Below, in pieces: positions 25,701 to 39,155 of a stretch of DNA of 64,000 bases. The stretch comes from Carcharhinus longimanus (Eukaryota). The stretch lies in NCBI GenBank assembly GCA_030264375.1, contig JASCQW010000032.1, positions 35,514,090 to 35,578,089 on the forward strand, in the 5' to 3' direction. The notes beneath the pieces were generated by a model. It made no database searches. It had not been told where the DNA came from and was given only the letters and a program-made list of their open reading frames with translations. The position numbers and the translations under genes are program-made. Within the stretch, counting starts at the first letter, position 1. Every line of letters starts with the position of its first letter.

Positions 25701-26319
25701 ATACAGTGGACACTGGACAGATTCTCTGATTGCGTCCATGCCCATCCCACTGCAAGTGAGAATGGGGAATTTGACATTCCAGCCAAAATCCCATTCACTG
25801 CAACTACACTGGAAAATCCCAGCTGCTGATGAGGTTGGAGGTTTTCAGTGACTGTTTTCCCCCAAGATTTATTCAAAGTGAAATGAGTTCATGTTCCAAT
25901 TCCAGAACGAATGACAAAACCCATTCTTGACTCTCAAGGCTGACCCTTAGACTTGCCAACCAAATAGAATGCGTAGTTTTCACCCACTTCCTCCAGATGG
26001 AAATCCTCTGCAAACCTTGTTCCAGTTGGGCTGGCTATGTCAATATTGCACCTGCCCAGCATTCTGGCTTTGGGGTATAGTATTGACGAATGGGGTTGAG
26101 GGTGTTTGAGTCTCAGCTGAGGAGTTCTTGAAAATATTCCCTTCAGTGAGCACTGACTGCCTCCTGTACTTGATGAGCACACCCCCAGCTCATCCTGTCC
26201 TACTCTCTCATGCCTAACTCTGAGCAGGATGAGCCCTTGGGTGATTGGGCCTTGACAATAGTGAAGATACCATGCATATCATTGGTATCTGCGATTCATT
26301 GGATCTCATGTGCTTTTTC

Positions 26320-26960
26320 TAATCACCATTTATCAGGAGGAATTTCCCTTCTGTCTGCCACAGGGGATTTCATTGCAAGGATCCTCTTCAACCACCTCCT
26401 TTCAGTAACCGAGGAACTCCTTCAAGAGTTACTGCAGTTTTTGGCTATCAAGAGGTACCATATCAGTGATTTTCACTGTGTAGCAAATTTAAGAAAATTA
26501 CAAGGTACAACCCCAACTTTGTCAACCACAAAGGGTTGCGGGGTAGCCTCCACAAATTTGACTGCATACTGAAATTTATCACCATCCTCTGCCTACATTA
26601 AGTCAGTGTGCAAACTGCAATCTTCACGCACAGAACGACTACAAACATTGTCACAATGAAAACTGGGATCAAACAAGACTGTGTCATTTCACCAACCCTC
26701 TTCTCCATTTTCCCTTCTAGAATGCTGTACCTCACCTCCAGCACATTATCTAAAAGTGTGGAGATAATCTATAGTACTGACAGGAAACTGCTCGATCTGC
26801 ACCACCTTCAAGTCAAAACCCAAATCTCTCCAATGTCAGTCATAAAGCTTCAGTCTGCCAATGACCCTCGTGGGCACGAGCAATCAGAAACTGATCTCCG
26901 GGTAATTGCTGACTTTTTCTCCAAAACTTAGGAGAAAATGAACCTTTCACTAAAAAACAT
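26320..26960 (+). mobile_element. RTE-clade LINE RT fragment
   Basis: GISLLSATGDFIARILFNHLL…EELL; KTGIKQDCVISPTLFSIF; KLQSAND (YADD-derived). Confidence 0.85.
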
Positions 26961-29524
26961 CTTGTGAGAAACATTATCTCATTTCTTCTGAAAGTTTATC
27001 AACACTGTATCTCATGCATTTTTATTATAAGTCCAATTGACACCGAAACCTTTGACTCTTCATTATCTATCTCTTACTTTGCAATCATTAATTTACTGTT
27101 TTGTATAAGAGGAAAAGCTTATAATGAGGTGCCATTTAGACTATCCATTCCTCCTGAGATGCAAAGTGGAGAAATCATCGCCTCCAAATGGAACATAATG
27201 GGCAGTTTGATGTGATGCACTCCATGGTTTGGGACACATAGCCACTATGTATCTCCACATATCCCTCATTCACTTGTGGAGCAGATGGCCGCATTGTCTA
27301 TGTTCTCTCCATATTTATTTGGTTGCCATCCATTTCTTTGTGAGAGATTGAAGCCAGGGACTTCTGCTGCTGGGTCAGTGATGAGGTGTTTCTTTAAGCT
27401 GCATATGTCAGCAGTGTGATATTAGCTGCTTCTTTCCTGATTGGCAACGTAATACTTACATTGAACTGAACTGTATCATGGTGACCACTTCAATTTATGC
27501 TCCTGTTTTCATTATCAGTTATTTGACCCACTTCATTTTCTTGTTGGGTTATAAGTGTTGATCTAGCAAATAGCTCTAAATTCTAAAGGATGTTCTAAAA
27601 ATACTACCCCGTTGTTCTCTCTTCTCTCATTATCAAGAATTTCCCTATCTCATCTCCATATTTTTTGATTTTTTTTAAACCTTCTTTGGCATAAAGGCTT
27701 TGGTCTTTGCATAGATCCTCAGGTGGGCACGAGTTAGGATATTCCGGAGNNNNNNNNNNAAGTGCTTGAACTCCTAATGTATGTAGATCCCACTCTGTCT
27801 GCCAAAGCTCTGCTCCCTCCAAGGCCAGCGGGGACTTTGGCATTAGGCTATAGAGTCTTGTGTATCCATGCCCTGGTCTGATATCTAACCTTTCAGGAAA
27901 ATTCCCTCTGGAATTAAGATGGAGCTACACTGGACTTTTCCATGTTACTTCTCAACGTGTTTCTTATCCTTGCCCAACCTGCAGATCTGTGACAGCTAGG
28001 AAGTTAAAAGTGCCCAAGTTGCTTAGCTGCTGTGAACTGAGCAGTTTTGATTTTTATCTATCTACCTAACTCCCTTAAGCAGGCAGCAAAGAGGTGGTCA
28101 AATCCTTATTCTGTTATGAATGGTGGGTCCTGATGACCCAGATGTCAGTGAGCCCATCCGCAGATTCTAGTAGAAATCTGCATGTGTAGTGGCATTTCCT
28201 GCCAGCAAGGAGATTCATGATCGGATGAGGCTGATTTGGTTTTAGTATTCTTTAAGAGGCCTGGAGAGTCAGGAATGCTTCCACAAAGAAAGCGTAAGCT
28301 TCCCCTGTCATGAATTGAACCTCACCTCAGATCATGGGACTGTTGATCCCACTACTTATTAACTGCTGACAGTTAACCTCTGGACTGCAATTTCCATTGA
28401 CACTTTGTCTGAAATGGCTGGTGTGTCGAGTCGTGGGAGTTAAACGAGGCTCAGATTTTAAAATAACCGGAGTCTTATTTCTGCAGCTGTGGGTGAGTTT
28501 CTAACTTGCATCGTGATTCACCCACCAAAACCTGGCCCAGAATTACAATTGCGTTCTTAATGTCTCGCCATCTGATAGCTTATTTTGTTCTCTTTCTGCT
28601 GATTTTTCCAACTATTCATTGCAGTTAGACTTTTTGCTTCTATTCCAACAGCTTCATTAGTCCTATTCTTCCTCACTCAGCTGAATCTTAAACTTGCTGC
28701 CTGCATGAGCATTGCAGTCACATCTTCCCAGTCATCTCCTTCTTCGCATATCCAGCATGTGATAAAGGAAACAACCTGGAGATTACCATCCTGACAGTTT
28801 TTTTTTAACCTGACACTTAACTCTTTATAGTTCATCCCTGCGTGGCACCAGCCACCTGCATTTATAAACTTCCTTTCATGGAGAAACATAACACGGGAAC
28901 CTAGAAGAAATTAAATGCTGAAATAAAGAAGCAGGTATTAGGCAGATAAGAGGTTGAGTACATCAGAACAAAATGACTAATTCATGCAAGGAATATACAG
29001 GAAAACAAACTAAATAATAAACATATCAGTGCAGTTCATAATTTCTCCCAGAATATTTAACATGTTTGCTTAAATTCAGTGAGACAAGTGCTTTGCCATG
29101 CTCTAATTCCAGGATTTCCAATAACTGAAACATGGGCTCTGTGGCAGGGAGTCCTTTTCCACCTTTCAGAGGCGTAGTTCCCAATATCATTAAATATCCT
29201 TTCATGTCACAGTATACATTTCAATACAGTGCTGATTTCCTAGCAGAATGGTTTCTGAAGGTAACATTTGCAGATATTGGGGTTGATCTTATCAGAGTTT
29301 GGCAGAATGTTGGCTCTGCTGAGAAAAATGGAATGAATAGTGTCGATAGCTTTGGCGTAATTGCATTGAGCCTCATGGACAAAATGTTTTATGGCTACAA
29401 GAATCACACACCGCCCAAAGAGGCTGCCCTCTGATCTACCTATCACAGACCCAATTAATCGCACCAATCACTGGGGAGCTCCATAAATGGCTTCCCAGCA
29501 CTTCTTCCACAGTTGCTGCAGGGG

Positions 29525-31230
29525 ATGGCAGACAGGAAGGCCACACCACGTTTCTCAGAGGGAGACCTGACTAGAATTCCTGATAGAGTGGAGCAAATGC
29601 AGGATGCACTCTAACCGCGCTCCAGGAGAAGGCCTCCCACCAAAGTCACTCTGCCCGCCTGGGACGCAGTGGCAGCCCTGGTAAGTACAAGCTTGCTGCA
29701 GAGGAGGACAGAACAGCAGTGCTGCAAAAAGATGAATCATTTTCTGCACTCAGCCAGGGTAAGTCTGCTTCATGCAGTCTTTCTCTAGACCCCGTCACAC
29801 ACCTCTCTCACATCCACTGACATCTCTCACTCAGCTATTTCAACCTTTACCAACAACTGTAAGCATCTCCCCTCCCCCCCCCCTTCCCAAGCACCATATT
29901 TCCCTTGCTCACTGTCATGCTCCTTACACTGCAGCTCCCACTCAAGATGCACACCTTGTCACCATCTTAAATGTCAACGCTGCCATCTACACTCTATCTG
30001 TGCCATTGCAGGATAAACTCAATCATAACAAGCATGAGGAAGCACTCCCAGCCAGATTAACACTGGCGTTCGGAAGAACCTTCATGCCATTTGAGGAGAG
30101 AGCCCTCTAAGCTGGCCGGGGAAGGGGAAGAGCATGTCTACACTGATAGTGAAGTTGGGGCAGCAGACAAATGTGAGAATTCTCAAGCCACACTGTCATT
30201 CCTCAAGTCTCAAATGAGTAATCAATGTTCCCTCCTTTATCCCTTGTAATGCACTAATACCATCTCCATTATCTTGCAGGCAAAGCCCCCAAACAGGCCA
30301 GACCATCCTCATGCCTCCTCAACCTACCAGACTCGAGCAGCTCTGAGGGAGACTTCTCGGACCCCACCATTGAAGAGGTGTCACAGCTGTCACACACACC
30401 TGGTACCAGTGCAGATACTCACACCTCATTGGGATCACCAAGTGGACAGGCAGTGATGAGCACCTCACAGCTGATGATCCACAGCAGGTGGAGGCAGTGT
30501 TGTCCCAGGGAACTGTTGCTTGTAGGAATGCCAGAGGCCAGAAATCTGTTGGGCTTTTGGCCAATGCCATACCCCTGGGTCCAGTCTTTTCAGAGTTGAT
30601 GGAGCTGCAAAGTTTAGTTGTAAGTATCAGGAAGGGGAGACAGCAGCCCTCCTCAGACTGCAAGGCCTACTGGAGGAGTTCCATCACTTTATGCCTGAGG
30701 AGGTGGTGCCATCACTCTAGCACACTGATGCCAACACTGTGAGGTTGGCATCCACAGTGGAGACGTTGGCACATGACATGCTCTCCATGGCAGGAGATGC
30801 CCACGTCAGGGCTCAGCTCATAATCTCCATATCTGAGGGCTTCAACTGCACTGGTGGGAATCCACAAGTGTCAGCGACAGAGGACGGTGGGGCTTCTGGA
30901 CCTCACTCCAGCTGCCCTTTTATCTACCGGGATCACCAGGCTTCTTGGGCACCCGAAGCGATGAGGATCCTCTGGTCCACAGCCTGGGGCCTTTCACCCA
31001 GGAGGCCCTGGGGGTGTCCAGTCTAGGAGTCCCCCCTTCCTGTGAGTGACAGATTCAGCCCCTCACACCAATGGGGTCAACACTGCAATACTTGTGCTAC
31101 CTGAAAGCGGGTCAGAGCCTTCAAGTTCCAGGCCCCCATGTGATGCTGCCAAAGTCATCTCAGGCAACAGGGCATGGAAATTGGCAGGGCGCCTCAACCT
31201 CAGTTACAGACCCTGGGGAAGCATAGTGAC
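29525..31230 (+). pseudogene. Harbinger Myb/SANT-like DNA-binding protein pseudogene, 3 exons (29525-29758, 30012-30172, 30280-~31230)
   Basis: MADRKATPRFSEGDL…AWDAVAALVS…RRTEQQCCKKMNH; GT-AG introns; DKLNHNK…PFEERAL; in-frame stop at 29612. Confidence 0.8.
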
Positions 31231-31238
31231 TTAAGAGT

Positions 31239-31373
31239 CATGTGGGTGCAGTCCTATCAGTCCTTGTACCTGGGGCATCCTATTAGGTTGGCAATGTCCA
31301 TGGCACTGGCCTCCTGGCTCACGTAATCCTGGTCAAAGCTGATAGGCATTTCAGCCCTGCCATAAAGGGCACC
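31239..31373 (-). pseudogene. HARBI1-like Harbinger transposase fragment
   Basis: ALYGRAEMPISFDQDYVSQEASAMDIANLIG/PQVQGLI/DCTHM with frameshifts, matching the GxPxVxGxIDCTH catalytic motif. Confidence 0.75.
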
Positions 31374-32619
31374 TAATGCATTCAATTAGGTTTGCATCCT
31401 TCCCTGGCAAAGTCAACTTAAAATCAAAAGAATGCAAACCCGTGACAAAAATTAAGCTTTTCCGAACTCTCCGCATTTTGAGCTCGTGTCACCATTCCCA
31501 CCAATGATGAATGCGGGCTCAAGATCCCACCCAAAATCTTTTTCTCTCAGTGCAAGCAAACTAACATTGGCCAAGAAATTAATCAAGTCAACTTCATCTT
31601 GAAAGGATTTTGCCTTCAAATGATTCCGTTGTTCTTTTCAAGTGGGTACATTAGCCTTTATTTACAGCCTCATCTTAAAAGACCCAGCTTAAAATAATCA
31701 GCAACCAACAAAATACTGTTTCAATTTACGAGCATATCAAGCTGAAACTTAGTTAAAAAATAAATGCAGGGCTTGATTGTGAAGATCATACTGAACGATA
31801 CTAGAGCTGCAGTACTTAATGTGAGCAGCATACTAATTGATGACTTGGCCTTATCTAAGTTAATGAAGAGACTAAATGGAATCATTACAAATACGTTCCT
31901 TGCATACATTGACCTAGTCATTGAGGTCACAACTGAGATATGAGTGAGACATCAAGTGTGATCAAGCAATATTTAAATACAAATGTCTGTGCAAGAGGGT
32001 AACGATTCCTCAAATTTAAAAAGGCTGAAGACTGATGTATATAAACTCTTCAGCCTTTGAAAGGCAACATCATAGGGAAAGCAAGGAATGGCAAACCAAT
32101 ATGAGTCTGAAGGCAAACGGCAGAATAGCGCACCATCCAATGCTTGTCTGGATGTACTACTACTTCAGGTGGTTACCATGGTGGCATTCCACGTCACCCT
32201 CCCCAAAGAAGAAAGTAGTACGCCACACCTGGTAATTAATAGAAGAAGTTCATCATGGTGTATCTACAGTGTTTTGGAAAACCGCAAAAGAGGACAAAAT
32301 TCCTATGGCATATCCCAATCTCTTGTCATAGCTTTAGTGGATGACTTGTGCCAACACTGAGGACAAGGAGGAGAGTATCTAAAGTTTGCTCCTTTAGAAA
32401 CAGAAAAAAGAAAACTCATCATGGAAAATGAAGAAATGGCAAAGGCATCAAACAAATATTTTGTCTGCCTTCACAGTAGATGACACAAATTATATACCGG
32501 AAATAAAGGGGATGATTTCTCAAATGTGCTGAATTGGTGGAAAAACTGTTCTAGATCACAACTGTTTTCTCAGTGCAACTTCACAGTTGAATCATCCAGA
32601 TGCTTCCAGATTTGTTCTC

Positions 32620-33690
32620 CGGAAGCATCCAGAGAGCTGCTCTCTTCCAGGCAAGTGGAGAGTATTCTAGATTCTGAAACACTCCAGACTTGTGCCTTGT
32701 GGATAGTGGACAGCCTTTGGCATTCAGGAGATGAGATACTTGCCACAGGATTCCTACTCTTTGACCTGCTCTGGTAGCCACAGTCTTTATAAAGCTAGTT
32801 CAGTTTAATGATAACCCCCAGGAAGTTGATCATGAGGGATTGAGCAATGGTAATGCCATTAAATGTCAAGGGGTGGTAGTTAGATCTTCTTTTGTTGGAG
32901 ATAGTCATTTCCTGGCACTTACGTGGTGTGAATGTTATTTGCCACTTTTCAGCCCAAGCCTATATATATTGTCCAGATCTTGTTGCATTTGGTCATGGCT
33001 GCGTCAGTATCTGAGGAGCTGCAAACGGTGCTGAACATTGTGTGGTCATCAGTGAATATTCCCACTTGGTGACTGAGGGAAAGTAATTCTTGAAGCAGCT
33101 GAAGATGGTTGGGCCTTAAACACTACCCTGAGGAACACTGTAGTGATGTCCTATAGCTGAGATAATTGACCTTCAACCACCACAACTACCTCCCTTTGTG
33201 ATATGCTATAACTCCAAGTAATGGAGGGTTTTCCCCTGATTCCCATTGACTCCTGTTTTGTTATGTCTTCTTGATGCCATACTTGGTGACATATTGCCAT
33301 AACGTCAAGGACAGTCACTCTGATCTCACCTCTGGTGTTTAGCTCTTCTGTTCATGTTTAAACAAAGGGTGAAATGAGGTCAGGAGCTGAGTGGCCCTGG
33401 CACAACCCAAACTTAAGCATTAATGCTAAGTAAGTGCCACTTGATAGCGCTGTTAATGACCCCCTCCATCACTTTACTGATCAAGAGTAAACTGATGAGG
33501 TGGTAACCGGCCAAGTTGAATTGGTCCTGTTTCGTGTGTACAGGACATATCCGGGCAATTTCCCACATTGCTGGGTAGATGCCAGTGCTATAGCTGTACC
33601 AAAACAGTTTGGCTAGGGAGACAACAAATTCTGGAGCACAATTCTTAGGACTATTGCCGGAATATTATCAGGGCCCATAGCCTTTGCAAT
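32620..33690 (-). mobile_element. CR1-clade LINE ORF2 fragment (second family)
   Basis: MATRAGQR…LEYSPLAW; similar to 52320-53470. Confidence 0.8.
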
Positions 33691-33694
33691 ACTA

Positions 33695-34748
33695 CACAAA
33701 AGGTTAATATACAACATAAGGGCTTATGGAATTGGCAATAATGTAGTGGTGTGGCTGGGGATTGGTTAGGGGTAAACAGAGAGCAAAGAGTAGGGATATA
33801 TGAGGCATTTTCAAGTTGCAGGTGTTGACTAGTGGAATCTGTACCATGGCCTCAGTTATTTAAAATTAATTTCAATGGCTTAGAAGAAGAGACAGAGAAT
33901 AATGAATTTATATTTACTGATGAGCTCTGAGGACAAAAGAAGACTGCAGTGACATATACTTAGGTTAAGTGAGTGGGTCATAAGATGGCAGATGGAGTAT
34001 AACGTGGGGGAAGTTCAAGGTTATTCACTTTGGTTGTAAGAATAAAAAAGCAGAATATTTTTCAAAAGGCATGAAACTTGTAAATGCTGGTGTTTGGGTG
34101 TACTTTTATAATAAACAGAAAGCATGCAGGTACAGCAACCAATTTGGAAGGCAATGACAAATTGGCTTTTATTGTAAGGGGATTGGGGTACAAGAGTAAG
34201 GAAATTGTGCTACAGTTGTAGGGTTTTGGTGAGTCCACAGGGCGAGTACTGAGCACAATTTTGATCTTCATATTTAAGGAACCATATATGTGCACTGGGG
34301 GCAGTTCACTCGATTATTTTCTGGGCTGAGAAGGTTGTCCTGTGGTGAAAGGCTTAATAAATTAGAATCATAGAAACCTTACAGTTGAGTGTATAGTCTT
34401 TGGAACTTAGAAGAATGGGAGCTGATTTCATTGAAATGTACAAGATTCTGAAGGAACTTGACATGGTAAACACTGAGAGGTGGTTTCCAGGTTGAGGAAT
34501 CTAGAGTGGGCATACTCACTCAGATAATGGGCTCATCGTTCAGCACCAAGATGAGTTGTCCACCCAGACAGTTGCGGATGCTCCATCATTGAGTATATTA
34601 AAGGCTGAAGCAGACTTTTGGTCTTTGGATGAACCTGGAGGTAAAGATAATAGGCAGGTGGAAATGTGGCAAAACATAAGTGCTGATCATATTGAATAGC
34701 ATAGTCAAAGGACAAGATGGTCCACTGCGCCTATATCTTCAGTTTCTC
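33695..34748 (+). mobile_element. Decayed HER1/CR1 LINE 3' portion
   Basis: Degenerate RT (WQMEYNV, VIHFGCKN) through the 3' UTR. Confidence 0.8.
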
Positions 34749-35877
34749 ATGTCGTCTAGAGGGCACCACACAGCTGATCACTGTATCACAAACTGGATTG
34801 GAAACATAACTGACAACATAATGGGGGAAAGTTTCCCACCCTGCCCGGCACAGGAATCGTAGTTGGGAGGAGGCTGACCTTGGAAAGGTTCGTTGACCTT
34901 GTATGGGATTTTCTGATTTTAGGGTGAGCGCAACCAGAAAATACCACCTATGGATTTCAGATAGTGCAACCAACAGCAACCCTTTTGACGCTGGGAAATG
35001 CATAAACTTTGGGGGGCAATCTTGCCTTCTCCTCCTGCTGGTCAGTGGGTGGAGCAAGCCAGTAAGATTGCAAGATAGGTGAAAAATTGGGCTTGCATCC
35101 AGATATCTGGTGAGATCAGCTTCACTCATGAAAAAGTCGCGAGGCTGATCTCAGTATTTAAATTGATTGGTTCTCATCAATGTGGAGCTGTTGTGATGGC
35201 CTCACTAGTAGGACTAGAAGTAATTAATGGTTGTCGGGGGCAGGGTGGCACTACCTTTTGGCACCCTGGCACTGCCCACTGGGCACCTTGACACTGCCAA
35301 TCTGGCACACTGGCAGTGCCCATCAGACAGTGCCAAATGAGTGAAGCCTGAGGAGGCAAGGCTTACTGAAAATGGAAAAGGACCAGAATAAGGGTGGTGT
35401 CAAAGTGGAGGCAGCTGGGGAAGATGCTGTGTGCTGTGCAGCTGAGATTGGACAGTGGAGTGGGAGGGGCAGGAAAACAGTGCGCATTCTGAAACCGGGG
35501 GGGAGGGGGGAGCAGTGATCAACTGGGCTGTGTTGGAGGAGGGGGGATGACTGGCTGGGTTAGGATGTGGGGAGGAGGAGTGATCAGGCAGGGTGGGAGT
35601 GGGGTGATCAGCTGGGTTGGTGGGGGGCAGGATGAACGGCCATGAAGGCAAGTGATCATGGTGGTGGAATGGAGGCAATTGGCTATGGAAGCCAGAGATA
35701 GCCAGGAGGAGATGGGCAATATTCGGCGGGGAGGCAATAGCAGATCAATCTGTTCTGTGTTGTTTCACTCAGCATTGCCCTTATGTACCTTCTGATGTAT
35801 TACCAAAAAGCTCATGCAGGTTAATTTAGAATGATTTTTCTCTGAACAAATCTGTGCTGGTTTTCTTTAGTTAATAC

Positions 35878-37325
35878 AATAAGAAGTCTCACAACACCAG
35901 GTTAAAGTCCAACAAGTTTATTTGATAGTAAACCCACAAGCTTTTGGGGTTTGCCCNNNNNNNNNNNNNNNNNNNNNNNNNNNNNNNNNNNNNNNNNNNN
36001 NNNNNNNNNNNNNNNNNNNNNNNNNNNNNNNNNNNNNNNNNNNNNNNNNNNNNNNNCTGTAGGAAGTCCATAGTGTCGCGACAAAAGCTGGAGGTTCTTT
36101 GTACAATGGGTTTCAGGACGCCCTCGACGTAGCCGGAGAGGTTCTTGCACAGGGTCCCATTGCCTGATGTGATAGGACGGCCGGGTGTGTTGGCCTTGTG
36201 TATCTTTGGGAGGCAGTAGAGATCTCCAACGTGGCGAGTACATGGAATGAGAGCACGGAGGGTGCTCTGAAGGTCCAGATCAAAGGTCTTGATCAGAGTG
36301 TTGAGTTGACGGCTATGTTCTTTGGTCGGATCTGCGGATAACTGCCTGTAGTGTTCAGTTGTCGGCGCACTTCTTTGCAGTAATCCGTTCTGTTCATTAT
36401 GATGATGGCCCCTCCTTTGTCTGCTGGTTTGATGACAATGTTGTGTTTGGTCTTGAGAGCGTGGATGGTGTTGCAATATGCTTGGGTGATGTTCAGGGCT
36501 GTCTTGTGAGTGTGGTTGATGAATCTGGTGTTGATACACCTCCTGATGGTTTGGACATACATGTCCAGTCGAGGGTAGTGACCTTCCAGAGGAGTCCAAT
36601 TGGACTCTTTCCTCTTCAGTTGCTGCACTGCGGATCTCTCTGTTGGCTGTTCTGGTTCATTGGCTATCTCATTGTGTTCGCTGTTAGCCTCTTGGGGTTT
36701 GTGGAAGAACTCCTGCAGCCTCATTCACCTGATTAATTCCTCTGTGTCCGCTGCAAGACTGATGGGGTCCATTTTGATGGTGGGGCAGAAATTGAGCCCT
36801 CTGCTGAGAACTTCAACTTCATCTGGTTGAAGTGTGTAGTGCAACAAGTTGACAATAGACTCCTCTGTGGTGGTACTGTTATCTTCTGTGGTGCTGGGGG
36901 AGGTTTGGTTGTTACTGGTGGTGATGCCAAGTTTCTCAAGTTTCCTGTTCTTGGTGTGCACATAGATAGTGTAGTTTCTTTGTCCAGTCTGCTTGGCAGA
37001 GTTTCACAGCTGGTCTGCGTCCTGAACGCAAGTTGAGAATATGAATTCTATCTTGGTTTCCAGGATGTGGTGTTTGCTGTAGAGCTGGTGTATGAGATGG
37101 TTGAGGAGTGTGAGAGAGGTGCGACGGTAAAGTCTCCCAGCGTAGTCTGTGTTATAGGTTGACCTGAGTGGGTTTGTGATCTGTAGTCCTTCCGGTATCT
37201 TGTCTGCTTTCTTGCATCTTTGTAAAACTTGATGTCTGTGTCGATATACGCGATCTTTTTGGAGATTCTCTCCACTTGGAGCCGACAGTTTACAGTGTCG
37301 ATGATAGTCATGATGTGGAGATGCC
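35878..37325 (-). mobile_element. Penelope-like retroelement: N-terminal ORF and RT start, gap, then pseudo-LTR
   Basis: IDTVNCRLQVERISKKIAYIDTDIKF; EVLSRGLNFCPT; NIVIKPADKGGAIII; YCLPKIHKANTPGRPITSGNGT; FCRDTMDFLQ; frameshifts and stops. Confidence 0.9.
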
Positions 37326-37329
37326 ACAT

Positions 37330-37900
37330 CAGTTCTTCAGTTTCTTTAGTTAACCCATATGTATCTAAATGTCTATTAATTTTGTGCTGAATCTTTGTTT
37401 CTAAAAGCTTCTTTACCACTGAGGTTAAATGTGTCTGTCTGAAGTGGCAGGTTTTTTTTACCCTTTTTTTGAAAAAGAGTGCAACATTTGCAATGCTCAA
37501 GTCTCCTGGCACCACCCCTGTATCTAAGGAAGATTGCAAAGTTATGGCCAGTTACTCTGCAATTTCTATCCTAAGTGTCCTTGAATGCATCTCCTATAAT
37601 GCTAATACTATATCAAGTTTAAGTGTGTCAACCTATCTAACATCTCCTCCTTATCAATTTTAAACCCATCAAGAATCTCAACTACCCTCACTTTCACCAT
37701 AACCTGAGCAGCATCTTGATCCTTGGTAAAGATAGACAAAACATTCATTTAGTATCTCAGCCATGCCCCCTGCCTCCATGTGTAAATCCCCTTTTTTGTC
37801 CCAAATCAGCCACGCTCCTCCTTTTACCATCCATTTAATATAATATAGACATATGTGTGGCAGACTTCTCAATTCCATTTTATGTTAGCTGTCAGTGCCA
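37330..37900 (-). mobile_element. CR1 LINE ORF2 fragment
   Basis: QSSLDTGVVPGDLSIANVALFFKK…LTSVVKKLLE; GMAEILNECF. Confidence 0.85.
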
Positions 37901-38629
37901 ATTATACTCACTGGGGGCGATCTTATCATCACAGCCCATCCCGATTTCTCACTGTTTGTGATCTTACCGGCACCGCTTATCTGGGGTGATCAGCTTCACA
38001 CCAGAAATTATTTAAATTTATTTTAATGTGGTTGGTCTGCTAGGTGACAGGTGTCTCTGCTGCTCTCTGAGTGGAGACCTGCATATGCACAATTGTGCCC
38101 GTTGTTGCTATCAGCCAGCTTTCTGGCTCATTAGGGCTATGAGTGCAAGACAAAAATCTCAGCAATACTCAAGTGCTGTACTACCGAACGACTATTCTTT
38201 CTTTGCATCTCTTTACTTTTTCAAATCTCCCCTTAACATTGTATGGAATCTAATTCTCTATATAATAATATTCACCTGACATCTGCAATAAGTACACTTT
38301 TTCTACTGTCCTGACTCTCTAACTTTTTTGATATCCTGGGACATCTGGATGTTTTTATACACAGCCCTCCCCCTCACAACTTTCACTTTCCTGAACATAC
38401 TTGGAACATACCGTAACTGCGTGAATGTACCCAAACTATTTCTTCTCTAAAGTCAGCTCACTGTTCAGTTACAATGCCTTATCAATGTCCTTAGAAAAGC
38501 ATAGTATAATTAGAATAAATCAACATAGTTTTATTAAAGGAAAATCCTGATTATCAAATTTCTGCTGATTGGGACACAAGTAGTCCTCTGTTGTAGCTTC
38601 ACCAGGATGTCACCTCATTTTTTGGTAAG

Positions 38630-39155
38630 CATGGTGCTGCTCCTAGAAAATAATTATCAAATTCCCTCTTAAAAACTTTGATTGAACCTGCCTCCACCAC
38701 ATTATCAGGCAGTGCATTCCAGATCCCAGCCATTTCTGTATGAAAACCTTTTTCTTCATTACTTTGTTTTTCAATAACCTTAATCAATCCTGTGTTGTTC
38801 TCTATTCTTCTACCAGTGGGAACAACTTTTCCCTATCTACTGTTTGTTTATCTGCCAAATCTCCTGTCAACCTTCCGTTCTCCATATACAACTGACCCAA
38901 CTCTCCAATCTATCTACCTTACTGAAGTACTGGTAGAGCTAGTTTCCTGACTTCCCTCTGGATGCTCCGGTTTCCTCCCACAGTCCAAAGATGTACTAGT
39001 TAGGTTGATTAGACATGCTAAATTGTCCCTTCATGCCAGGGCAATTAGCAGAATACATACGTAGGGTTACTGGGTGGGATTGTTGTTGGTGCAGACTTGA
39101 TGGGCTGAATGGCCTCATTCTGCACTTCTCCTAATGTAGGGAGTCAATGATTCTA
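38630..39155. mobile_element. CR1 3' fragment (-) followed by a partial HE1 SINE (+)
   Basis: IWNALPDNVVEAGSIKVFKREFD; SINE V-domain ctccggtttcctccacagtccaaagatg. Confidence 0.75.

Larger units (their letters stand above)
29279..31532. mobile_element. Internally deleted PIF/Harbinger DNA transposon
   Basis: Imperfect TIRs ggggttgatctt / aagatcccaccc enclosing a Myb/SANT gene (+) and a transposase remnant (-). Confidence 0.75.
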
